From positions 286,130,001-286,194,000 of the forward strand of contig OZ024742.1 in NCBI GenBank assembly GCA_964016885.1: a DNA stretch of 64,000 nucleotides. Direction: 5' to 3'. Below the pieces are notes generated by a model, which made no database searches, was not told the DNA's origin, and saw only the letters and a list, made by a program, of their open reading frames with translations. Position numbers and translations under genes: made by a program. This stretch comes from Eledone cirrhosa (lineage: Eukaryota). Within the stretch, counting starts at the first letter, position 1; each line of letters opens with the position of its first letter. This document shows, piece by piece, positions 52,537-64,000 of this stretch.

Positions 52537-53623
52537 TACACACACAATTTTTCTTTTATAAAATGCACCCACTGTTGCAGTGGGTGTCGCAGAAATGCTT
52601 TTACGATCTTGTCCGCGGAGTGCAGCTCTAACACCGCCGCGCTCTAGGCCCATCACCCATCACCCTCCCATTTCCACTCCCATCGTTCTGTAGCCCTAGG
52701 ATCCTTGCTTTTCCCCTCCTTTTCCTCTCATTTATGGCTTTCATAGTCCTTTCCTCTACTTTCCCATACAGCCAGATCTGCCCTTCTTTAATCTTGTTAT
52801 GTCTTGAATCACGAAAACCTTTCAGAGGTTCATGTAGATTTAAGCCCCACCATCTGGGTGGCAAATCTTTTCAGTGTGACTGACATTATAGCACTAAGCA
52901 AATCTTGTGCGAGAACAAACGGGATTTTATTCTATACGTTTTTATAAAAACCAAGAGATGATATTTCTGTCAGTTTAGTAATAAATATTATTGCATTGTT
53001 GTTTATTAAATATACTAGCAGAAAAATCACCATTCGGGTGGTTTTCTGCTGGCATGTGTAGTGTGCATATTGATATTATACGCAAATGTATATGCATATA
53101 GATATGATACGTCACATAAAATTGTAATTGACAATATGCACAGCAATTGAAGAGAGACTGTGTTACACTCTCTTCTGTAATCAGTAAAGTTGTCCATTTA
53201 AAAAAGATATATAGACTACATTATGGCAAAATGTTATGAAAACGAAAAAGGAGAAAATTAGCGACGGAAATATAAACATTATGATGCAAATATATAAACG
53301 TTTATGTAAGCGATGTGATATAGCTTATGGCTATATGTGTTATGATATAACGGACGCTAACCGGAAGGAAGTGAATCTTAAAATAAGCTATACATTATTT
53401 ATATATATGAATATTTATGTTTAATCAACAGCCAAGAAATTTAGTAGATAAATTACACAATATTCATTCATGATTTATTCAAAGTAATCCAACTTATTTT
53501 AATAATGTGTTAAGAAAAAATATCCTTAACACAGTCCCGCAGTCCTCCAATCATTATATATTAGATTTGTTCTCCAAAATGGACAGGCAAGCTATTTAGA
53601 ACACTGGTTTAACCGCTTTACTT

Positions 53624-53660
53624 CCCTCTGAAGAAGAGATATTATCTCGAAAATTAAGGA
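53624..53660 (+). ncRNA. Minimal hammerhead ribozyme (family L)
   Basis: CCT CTGAAGA A GAGAT att ATCTC GAA AA TT A AGG; palindromic AATT stem III; AATAAA follows and a tail runs to (TA)n at 53821. Confidence 0.78.
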
Positions 53661-53818
53661 CATTTAAATAAATCTAAGGTAAAAGACTAATTGTCAACAA
53701 TATCTTTTGCATTTGCATTCTTTATTCTATGTCCATACCTGCATTGTTTTGGCTTTATTATACATATACAAACGTTTATACCTCATTACACAATGCTTCA
53801 AGTGAACTATAACTTCCT

Positions 53819-53872
<54 letters not shown>

Positions 53873-53990
53873 TTACGAAAGTATGCGAAATTATTTTTTC
53901 AGCGACTCAATGAGATAATAAGCGTGCGGTTGTGAAACTGCATCCTAAGGTTCAGAGAGCACACATTATAGTAAAGATACCTCACGTATC

Positions 53991-54033
<43 letters not shown>

Positions 54034-54290
54034 AATATAGACATAGAATATTCGAAAATATTCTGTATGTTTATAATAAACATTTTGAAGACCTAATCGC
54101 TATAGAATAGAATACGTCACGTATTACAATTAGATTCTCGATAAAAGCAAGGGAAGTAATCTACGCGTTTCATTCTTGTTAGAAATCTTCAGGACTACAT
54201 GTCTATATTCACATATATATCGCTATTTCAGAGCATTTATTCCAATATATATATATATATATATATATATTGTTTATATATATATATATA

Positions 54291-54619
54291 AACATAAGAA
54301 GTGTGGTAAGGAACCAAGTGGACCATAACGCACCAGAGTACTGGATACTTAGGATAGTAGAGTGGGTAATAAGAAAAGAGTCAGGACCCCGACGGCTGAT
54401 CTCCGGCCGTTTCGACTCTTTTCCTATATATATATATATATATATATAACGAAGGAAATGCGGTAAGGAACCAGATGGACCATAACGCACCAAAGTACTA
54501 AATGCTTAGGGTAGTAGAGTGGGTAATAGGAACGAGTAGGACTCCGACGGCTGAGCTCAAGCCGTTTCGACGGCTAATTCTGAAACGGCTTGAGCTCAGC
54601 CGTCGGGGTCCTACTCGTT

Positions 54620-54622
<3 letters not shown>
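54291..54622. mobile_element. Two family C termini separated by (TA)n; the second is a fold-back
   Basis: 54291-54424 (-); 54448-54622 with inverted arms 54527-54568/54581-54622. Confidence 0.85.
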
Positions 54623-54697
<75 letters not shown>

Positions 54698-54703
<6 letters not shown>

Positions 54704-55594
54704 TAACAGATTAAAGTTTAAGCAAAGAATCGCTGCTTTCACCCTTAACGGGATCTTCTGAAACTAACAAAGTCAATCTGTAAACGCAGAAGTGGATATT
54801 TCAAAAAACGTTGCAACCGGAGGAAGACAGGAAGACGATACTTTGGTTCGTGGAAACGTTCCTTGGCAAAGAACGGGAAAAAACGAATATTATACGTCAT
54901 TAATAGGAGCGGTGAAAAACAATTACGCGCAAAGACAGATCCACGTTTATGGTATAAAAGAAGTCGTAGACTAATGTTCTCTAAGTGGTTCATAGAGACG
55001 TTCTCTGGCAATGAACGGAAAAAACGAAGATAATACGTCATATGTGGACCGTGGAGAACAATTGCACGCAAAGACAAAACCCCGTAAATGGTATAGCTGA
55101 AGTCGTAGACTAAAATTCTAACTAGGAAACCGAATGAATCTCCGCTTCAGAGTTAAGAATAAAGTAAATAAAATACAATACAGAGGTAATAGAAATTAAA
55201 TAAATACATACACGCATGTAAATACGTACATACACAAGCATACGCGAAAACACTTGCCATAGGTATACAAAACCACGCACATATAAATATGTGTGTGTGT
55301 GTGTGCGTGTATACAAATAAATAAATAATTAAATAAACGTATATAAATAAATAAATACGTATATAACAAGCGCACACACATACCTACATGTAAAGACGTA
55401 AGTCAACCAAAACATGAAGTACACATATACACACACCCTACATACGTACGAACCTGCATACTCACACAGACGCAAAACTCCCGTATACACATAACCATAT
55501 GTACCAGAATATATAAAAAATTATACGCCAAAACATATACAATCAAATATACGTACGAGAAAGTATACGTACCTTCACAAAACATACAGGTAAC
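54698..55594 (-). mobile_element. Family J element, single tail-less arm
   Basis: Aligns by eye with 32059-32960. Confidence 0.9.
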
Positions 55595-56271
55595 GCGAAG
55601 AAATACCTATGATTCCTAGTAGACACCTGACGATGGATACTCCTCTTTTTTACCCGTAACTTTTATTTTTCATTATACTTAATTGCAACCACACACTCGC
55701 CATTTTCATATAAGCTTCCTTCTTCGCTGTGACCCGTCTCTTTTCTCTCCCCTTGCTGCTATACTCTCTCTCTCTCTCCCTTCTCTCTCCTTCTCCCTCT
55801 TACTTTCGCTCACCCCCTCGGCTAGTCACCTTCTCTCGCCTAGCCTCCCACTATAACTATCTCTTTCTAGCTTCCTCTTACTTTCACTCACTCCCTCTCT
55901 GCTAGTCATTCTCTCTCCTCCAGCTCACTTCCTCCCTCGTTCGCCACTGTAAGCAGTCTCTTCTCTCGCTAACACTGCTACAGCTAAGACGTGTCTTTTT
56001 TCTCTCTCGTCAAAATTTGCCAGTTCTTACGTTCGAAATGAGTTGTTGACTTGATATTTTTCCTACTTTTCCTCTCTTTACGTTGCTTCACCCTTCGTGT
56101 CTGTTTACATGTCCTCCTCCCCCTTCTTTTATCCCAATAACTTATTTTAGTTATTGTTCGCCCTAGGCTGAGGTATCTTGTCTCTAAAGCGAAGAAATAC
56201 CAATGATTCATAGTAGACAACTGACGATAGATACTCCTCTCTTTCGCCCGTAACTTTTATTTTTCATTATA
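55595..56271 (+). mobile_element. Non-coding element with 83-bp terminal direct repeats containing a degenerate HHR-like core
   Basis: 55595-55677 and 56189-56271; CTGACGA...CCCGTAAC; CT-rich interior; ends at TA. Confidence 0.7.
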
Positions 56272-56279
56272 TATATTTC

Positions 56280-56416
56280 TAGCATAGTTACGTCCCTTTA
56301 CAGTCTGAGTTCAAATCCCGCCGAGGTTAACCTTGCCTTTTATCCTTACGGGGTCGATAAAATAAAGTACTAGTAATGTACTGGGTAATTGCTGGCATTG
56401 TGCCTAAAGTAGAAAC

Positions 56417-56420
<4 letters not shown>
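56280..56420 (+). mobile_element. SINE, 5'-truncated
   Basis: GAGTTCAAATCCCGCCGAGG...GTGCCTAAAGTAGAAACAATT. Confidence 0.85.
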
Positions 56421-56488
<68 letters not shown>

Positions 56489-56997
56489 ACAGAATGTCAA
56501 ACTGAAAACTTTCTTTAAAATGTTAATTCCGCTAAAACACTATACATATTTCAATGGCCCACTTTCGTCATCCGATCTTGCTGCAAGACTTTGGAGATCT
56601 CATCAGAATTGGTTATATAAAAAGACAAAAGGATTACGGCGAACAGAAACAGAGAATTGAAAATAGAGGACATATTTGATTGAAAGATCGTCAGACAACT
56701 TGGTTTTATAACAACGGCAAACCATCATTCTAATTATGTATATATACTTATACACACATTCACACACACATATATATATATATACAAATGCACACACACA
56801 CACTCTCCCACACACACAAACATATATTATATGTATGTGTGTATGTGTATTTATATATACAGTTCTTAGAATAGTGGAGATTTATTCCGGAACTTCCGAC
56901 ACAAACCAGACCTTTGGTCTCTATGGCAACTTCAATAATTCTTACTCTCATTACAAAAATTACCATTTCTGCAGATGGAGAGTATGGAGATATCCTT

Positions 56998-57040
<43 letters not shown>

Positions 57041-57178
57041 GGTGGTGGTGGTGGTGGTGGTGGTGGTGGTGGTGGTGGTGGTGGTGGTAGTGGTGGTGGT
57101 AGTGGTGGTGGTGGTGGTGGTGGTGGCGGTGGTGGTAGTGGTGGTAATGGCAGTAGTAGTAGTAGTACTAGTAGTTGT

Positions 57179-57233
<55 letters not shown>

Positions 57234-57281
57234 ATGGTGGTGGTGGTGGTGGTAGTAGTAGTAGTGGTGGTGCTGGTAGTT

Positions 57282-57315
<34 letters not shown>

Positions 57316-57364
57316 CAGCAGTAGAAGTAGTAGTAGTAATAGTGGTGGTGGTGGTGGTAGCAGA
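56998..57364. repeat. (TAG)/(TGG)/(CAG) mixed microsatellite
   Basis: Direct inspection. Confidence 0.95.
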
Positions 57365-57743
57365 AGTAGAATGGTATGGGTCGTGATTATGATGATGATG
57401 GTGGTGGTGGTGGTGGTGGTGGTAGAATGGTATGGGTCGTGATTATGATGATGATGGTGGTGGTGGTGGTGGTGGTAGAATGGTATGGGTCGTGATTATG
57501 ATGATGATGGTGGTGGTGGTGGTGGTGGTGGTAGAATGGTATGGGTCGTGATTATGATGATGATGATGGTGGTGGTGGTGGTGGTAGTAGAATGGTAGGG
57601 GTCGTGATTATGATGATGATGATGGTGGTGGTGGTGGTGGTGGTGGTGGTAGTAGTAGAATGGTAGGGGTCGTGATTATGATGATGATGGTGGTGGTGGT
57701 GGTGTTGGTAGTGGTGGTAGTAGAATGGTAGGGGTCGTGATTA

Positions 57744-57777
<34 letters not shown>

Positions 57778-57925
57778 GGTGGTGGTGGTGGTGGTGGTGG
57801 TGGTGGTGGTGGTGGTGGTGGTGGTGGTGGTGGTAGTAGTAGAATGGTAGGGGTCGTGATTATGATGATGATGGTGGTGGTGGTGGTGGTAGTAGAATGG
57901 TAGGAGTCGGGATCATGATGATGAT
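57365..57925. repeat. Compound minisatellite GTAGAATGGTA(T/G)GGGTCGTGATT(ATG)n(GTG)n, about 9 copies
   Basis: Direct inspection. Confidence 0.92.
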
Positions 57926-57941
57926 AATGGTAGTATTATTA

Positions 57942-60900
57942 GCAGTAGTAGAGGTAGTGAGGTGGTGGTGATATAATTTGTTGTAGCTACTGTAGTAGTA
58001 GAGGTAGTGAGGTGGTGGTGATAGAATTTGTTGTAGCTACTGTAGTAGTAGAAGTAGTGAGGTGGTGATGATAGAATTTGTTGTAGCTACTGTAGTAGTA
58101 GAGGTAGTGAGGTGGTGGTGATAGAATTTGTTGTAGCTACTGTAGTAGTAGAGGTAGTGAGGTGGTGGTGATAGAATTTGTTGTAGCTACTGTAGTAGTA
58201 GAGGTAGTGAGGTGGTGGTGATAGAATTTGTTGTAGCTACTGTAGTAGTAGAAGTAGTGAGGTGGTGGTGATAGAATTTGTTGTAGCTACTGTAGTAGTA
58301 GAAGTAGTGAGGTGGTGGTGATAGAATTTGTTGTAGCTACTGTAGTAGTAGAGGTAGTGAGGTGGTGGTGATATAATTTGTTGTAGCTACTGTAGTAGTA
58401 GAGGTAGTGAGGTGGTGGTGATATAATTTGTTGTAGCTACTGTAGTAGTAGAGGTAGTGAGGTGGTGGTGATAGAATTTGTTGTAGCTACTGTAGTAGTA
58501 GAAGTAGTGAGGTGGTGGTGATAGAATTTGTTGTAGCTACTGTAGTAGTAGAGGTAGTGAGGTGGTGGTGATAGAATTTGTTGTAGCCACTGTAGTAGTA
58601 GAGGTAGTGAGGTGGTGGTGATAGAATTTGTTGTAGCTACTGTAGTAGTAGAAGTAGTGAGGTGGTGGTGATAGAATTTGTTGTAGCCACTGAAGTAGTA
58701 GAGGTAGTGAGGTGGTGGTGATAGAATTTGTTGTAGCTACTGTAGTAGTAGAGGTAGTGAGGTGGTGGTGATAGAATTTGGTGTAGCTACTGTAGTAGTA
58801 GAAGTAGTGAGGTGGTGGTGATAGAATTTGTTGTAGCCACTGTAGTAGTAGAGGTAGTGAGGTGGTGGTGATAGAATTTGTTGTAGCTACTGTAGTAGTA
58901 GAAGTAGTGAGGTGGTGGTGATAGAATTTGTTGTAGCTACTGTAGTAGTAGAAGTAGTGAGGTGGTGGTGATAGAATTTGTTGTAGCTACTGTAGTAGTA
59001 GAGGTAGTGAGGTGGTGGTGATATAATTTGTTGTAGCCACTGTAGTAGTAGAGGTAGTGAGGTGGTGGTGATATAATTTGTTGTAGCTACTGTAGTAGTA
59101 GAAGTAGTGAGGTGGTGGTGATAGAATTTGTTGTAGCTACTGTAGTAGTAGAAGTAGTGAGGTGGTGGTGATAGAATTTGTTGTAGCCACTGTAGTAGTA
59201 GAGGTAGTGAGGTGGTGGTGATAGAATTTGTTGTAGCTACTGTAGTAGTAGAAGTAGTGAGGTGGTGGTGATAGAATTTGTTGTAGCTACTGTAGTAGTA
59301 GAGGTAGTGAGGTGGTGGTGATAGAATTTGTTGTAGCCACTGTAGTAGTAGAGGTAGTGAGGTGGTGGTGATAGAATTTGTTGTAGCTACTGTAGTAGTA
59401 GAGGTAGTGAGGTGGTGGTGATAGAATTTGTTGTAGCCACTGTAGTAGTAGAGGTAGTGAGGTGGTGGCGATAGAATTTGTTGTAGCTACTGTAGTAGTA
59501 GAGGTAGTGAGGTGGTGGTGATAGAATTTGTTGTAGCCACTGTAGTAGTAGAGGTAGTGAGGTGGTGGTGATAGAATTTGTTGTAGCTACTGTAGTAGTA
59601 GAAGTAGTGAGGTGGTGGTGATAGAATTTGTTGTAGCTACTGTAGTAGTAGAGGTAGTGAGGTGGTGGTGATAGAATTTGTTGTAGCTACTGTAGTAGTA
59701 GAAGTAGTGAGGTGGTGGTGATAACATTTGTTGTAGCTACTGTAGTAGTAGAGGTAGTGAGGTGGTGGTGATAACATTTGTTGTAGCTACTGTAGTAGTA
59801 GAGGTAGTGAGGTGGTGGTGATAGAATTTGTTGTAGCTACTGTAGTAGTAGAAGTAGTGAGGTGGTGGTGATAACATTTGTTGTAGCTACTGTAGTAGTA
59901 GAGGTAGTGAGGTGGTGGTGATAGAATTTGTTGTAGCTACTGTAGTAGTAGAAGTAGTGAGGTGGTGGTGATAGAATTTGTTGTAGCTACTGTAGTAGTA
60001 GAGGTAGTGAGGTGGTGGTGATAGAATTTGTTGTAGCTACTGTAGTAGTAGAAGTAGTGAGGTGGTGGTGATAACATTTGTTGTAGCTACTGTAGTAGTA
60101 GAAGTAGTGAGGTGGTGGTGATAGAATTTGTTGTAGCTACTGTAGTAGTAGAGGTAGTGAGGTGGTGGTGATAGAATTTGTTGTAGCTACTGTAGTAGTA
60201 GAAGTAGTGAGGTGGTGGTGATAGAATTTGTTGTAGCTACTGTAGTAGTAGAAGTAGTGAGGTGGTGGTGATAGAATTTGTTGTAGCTACTGTAGTAGTA
60301 GAAGTAGTGAGGTGGTGGTGATAGAATTTGTTGTAGCTACTGTAGTAGTAGAAGTAGTGAGGTGGTGGTGATAGAATTTGTTGTAGCTACTGTAGTAGTA
60401 GAGGTAGTGAGGTGGTGGTGATAGAATTTGTTGTAGCTACTGTAGTAGTAGAGGTAGTGAGGTGGTGGTGGTGATAGAATTTGTTGTAGCTACTGTAGTA
60501 GTAGAAGTAGTGAGGTGGTGGTGATAGAATTTGTTGTAGCTACTGTAGTAGTAGAAGTAGTGAGGTGGTGGTGATAACATTTGTTGTAGCTACTGTAGTA
60601 GTAGAGGTAGTGAGGTGGTGGTGATAGAATTTGTTGTAGCTACTGTAGTAGTAGAAGTAGTGAGGTGGTGGTGATAGAATTTGTTGTAGCTACTGTAGTA
60701 GTAGAGGTAGTGAGGTGGTGGTGATAGAATTTGTTGTAGCTACTGTAGTAGTAGAAGTAGTGAGGTGGTGGTGATAGAATTTGTTGTAGCTACTGTAGTA
60801 GTAGAAGTAGTGAGGTGGTGGTGATAACATTTGTTGTAGCTACTGTAGTAGTAGAGGTAGTGAGGTGGTGGTGATAGAATTTGTTGTAGCTACTGTAGTA

Positions 60901-62561
60901 GTAGAAGTAGTGAGGTGGTGGTGATAGAATTTGTTGTAGCTACTGTAGTAGTAGAGGTAGTGAGGTGGTGGTGATAGAATTTGTTGTAGCTACTGTAGTA
61001 GTAGAAGTAGTGAGGTGGTGGTGATAGAATTTGTTGTAGCTACTGTAGTAGTAGAGGTAGTGAGGTGGTGGTGATAGAATTTGTTGTAGCTACTGTAGTA
61101 GTAGAAGTAGTGAGGTGGTGGTGATAGAATTTGTTGTAGCTACTGTAGTAGTAGAAGTAGTGAGGTGGTGGTGATAGAATTTGTTGTAGCTACTGTAGTA
61201 GTAGAGGTAGTGAGGTGGTGGTGATAGAATTTGTTGTAGCTACTGTAGTAGTAGAAGTAGTGAGGTGGTGGTGATAGAATTTGTTGTAGCTACTGTAGTA
61301 GTAGAAGTAGTGAGGTGGTGGTGATAGAATTTGTTGTAGCTACTGTAGTAGTAGAAGTAGTGAGGTGGTGGTGATAGAATTTGTTGTAGCCACTGTAGTA
61401 GTAGAGGTAGTGAGGTGGTGGTGATAGAATTTGTTGTAGCTACTGTAGTAGTAGAAGTAGTGAGGTGGTGGTGATAGAATTTGTTGTAGCTACTGTAGTA
61501 GTAGAAGTAGTGAGGTGGTGGTGATAGAATTTGTTGTAGCTACTGTAGTAGTAGAAGTAGTGAGGTGGTGGTGATAGAATTTGTTGTAGCTACTGTAGTA
61601 GTAGAAGTAGTGAGGTGGTGGTGATAGAATTTGTTGTAGCTACTGTAGTAGTAGAGGTAGTGAGGTGGTGGTGATAGAATTTGTTGTAGCTACTGTAGTA
61701 GTAGAGGTAGTGAGGTGGTGGTGATAGAATTTGTTGTAGCTACTGTAGTAGTAGAGGTAGTGAGGTGGTGGTGATAGAATTTGTTGTAGCTATTGTAGTA
61801 GTAGAGGTAGTGAGGTGGTGGTGATAGAATTTGTTGTAGCTACTGTAGTAGTAGAAGTAGTGAGGTGGTGGTGATAGAATTTGTTGTAGCTACTGTAGTA
61901 GTAGAAGTAGTGAGGTGGTGGTGATAGAATTTGTTGTAGCTACTGTAGTAGTAGAGGTAGTGAGGTGGTGGTGATAGAATTTGTTGTAGCTACTGTAGTA
62001 GTAGAAGTAGTGAGGTGGTGGTGATAACATTTGTTGTAGCTACTGTAGTAGTAGAGGTAGTGAGGTGGTGGTGATAGAATTTGTTGTAGCTACTGTAGTA
62101 GTAGAGGTAGTGAGGTGGTGGTGATAGAATTTGTTGTAGCTACTGTAGTAGTAGAGGTAGTGAGGTGGTGGTGATAACATTTGTTGTAGCTACTGTAGTA
62201 GTAGAAGTAGTGAGGTGGTGGTGATAACATTTGTTGTAGCTACTGTAGTAGTAGAGGTAGTGAGGTGGTGGTGATAGAATTTGTTGTAGCTACTGTAGTA
62301 GTAGAGGTAGTGAGGTGGTGGTGATAGAATTTGTTGTAGCTACTGTAGTAGTAGAGGTAGTGAGGTGGTGGTGATAACATTTGTTGTAGCTACTGTAGTA
62401 GTAGAGGTAGTGAGGTGGTGGTGATAACATTTGTTGTAGCTACTGTAGTAGTAGAGGTAGTGAGGTGGTGGTGATAGAATTTGTTGTAGCTACTGTAGTA
62501 GTAGAGGTAGTGAGGTGGTGGTGATAACATTTGTTGTAGCTACTGTAGTAGTAGAGGTAGT
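57942..62561. repeat. Homogeneous 50-bp tandem array, about 92 copies
   Basis: TGTAGTAGTAGA(G/A)GTAGTGAGGTGGTGGTGATAGAATTTGTTGTAGCTAC; one 3-bp GTG gain near 60470. Confidence 0.97.
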
Positions 62562-62659
62562 AATAGTGTTTGCTAGTGTGATTGGTGTCGTTATTATACA
62601 CACGACACAGTATTCGGTTTGCTTCCTGCTTACTTTTTAAACCAGTTCTTTTAGTTCAC

Positions 62660-62836
62660 CATCCTCCCCCTCATCCTCGCCAACATCCCCTCATCCTCCT
62701 TCTCCCCATCATCATCACCATCTTCATCATGATAATCATCATCACCATCACCATCATCTGCATCATCAATATCATCATCCTCACCGTCATCACCACCACC
62801 ACCATCATCACCATCACCATCATCACCATCATCATT

Positions 62837-62918
<82 letters not shown>

Positions 62919-62983
62919 GTAGCAGCAGCAGCAACATCATCCCTGTCATCCCTATCATCATCATCAACAACCTCACCTTCATC

Positions 62984-63016
<33 letters not shown>

Positions 63017-64000
63017 TTCACCCAGTAACACCATCACTCATCATTATCATCACCATTAATGTGTCCCTAATTATCAATCATCACCCCTCCACCACCCCCA
63101 TATCACCTCCCTAACCATCATCACCACCACGTCTAACACCATCACCATCATCAATACCATCACCATGATCACCATCATTAGCCGCAGCATCACAATCGTC
63201 ACCATCATCATCACCATCATCACCAATAACACCACCATCACAACAAATACCCCCAACTCCATCACCACCACCAGCGCCAACAACACCACCATCAATTCCC
63301 TCGCCACAATCAAGATCATCATCACCATCACCATCACCACTACCTCTATCATCACCACCACTACCTCTATCATCCCCACCACCTCCATCACCATCACCAT
63401 CACCACTACCTCTATCATCACCACCACCACCACCACCTCCATCACCATCACCACTACCTCTATCATCCCCACCACCACCACCACCTCCATCACCATCACC
63501 ACTACCTCTATCATCCCCACCACCACCTCCATCACCATCACCACTACCTCTATCATCCCCACCACCACCTCCATCACCATCACCACTACCTCTATCATCC
63601 CCACCACCACCTCCATCACCATCACCACTACCTCTATCATCCCCACCACCACCTCCATCACCATCACCACTACCTCTATCATCCCCACCACCACCTCCAT
63701 CACCATCACCACTACCTCTATCATCCCCACCACCACCTCCATCACCATCATCATCACCACTACCTCTATCATCACCACCACCTCCATCACCATCACCATC
63801 ACCACTACCTCTATCATCCCCACCACCACCTCCATCACCATCACCACTACCTCTATCATCCCCACCACCACCTCCATCACCATCACCACTACCTCTATCA
63901 TACCCACCACCTCCATCACCATCACCACTACCTCTATCATCCCCACCACCACCTCCATCACCATCACCACTACCTCTATCATCACCACCACCTCCATCAC
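62660..64000. repeat. (CAT)/(CAC) low-complexity tract grading into a 39-45-bp minisatellite
   Basis: Unit ACCACTACCTCTATCATCCCCACCACCACCTCCATCACCATC from about 63330; truncated by window end. Confidence 0.92.

Noticed and set aside
53014-53052. Helitron/Helentron-like terminal hairpin ACTAGCAGAAAAATCACC...GGTGGTTTTCTGCTGG
   Set aside because: Single motif with no partner end or second copy in the window.

Overview
Repeat-dense eukaryotic genomic DNA. An octopus/cephalopod origin is inferred from the SINE consensus and the density of (TA)n, (CA)n, (CAT)n and (GTT)n repeats; it is not proven. There is no confidently identifiable host gene, and most ORFs in the track are microsatellite artefacts. 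Supported content: (1) two tandem Tx1/L1-clade LINEs (35.4-44.0 kb) with (TATC)n tails, plus two tiny 3' stubs of that family inside another (TATC)n tract; (2) an internally deleted DD37D (maT-type) Tc1/mariner element with TIRs and TA flanks; (3) several Penelope-like (PLE) RT and GIY-YIG fragments; (4) tRNA-derived SINEs and an RTE remnant; (5) microsatellite-derived minisatellites at both ends. The main unexplained structure is that most (TA)n tracts hold short non-coding inserts from roughly ten families. Many carry a recognisable hammerhead ribozyme (HHR) core, and many are asymmetric fold-backs. One family has a conserved non-canonical HHR core (CAGAAGA). One places a tRNA-like Pol III cassette upstream of an HHR. 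One is a 260-bp tandem unit with a tRNA-like cloverleaf on an 18-bp closing stem and no evident HHR. All structures were read by eye; no folding or database search was run.
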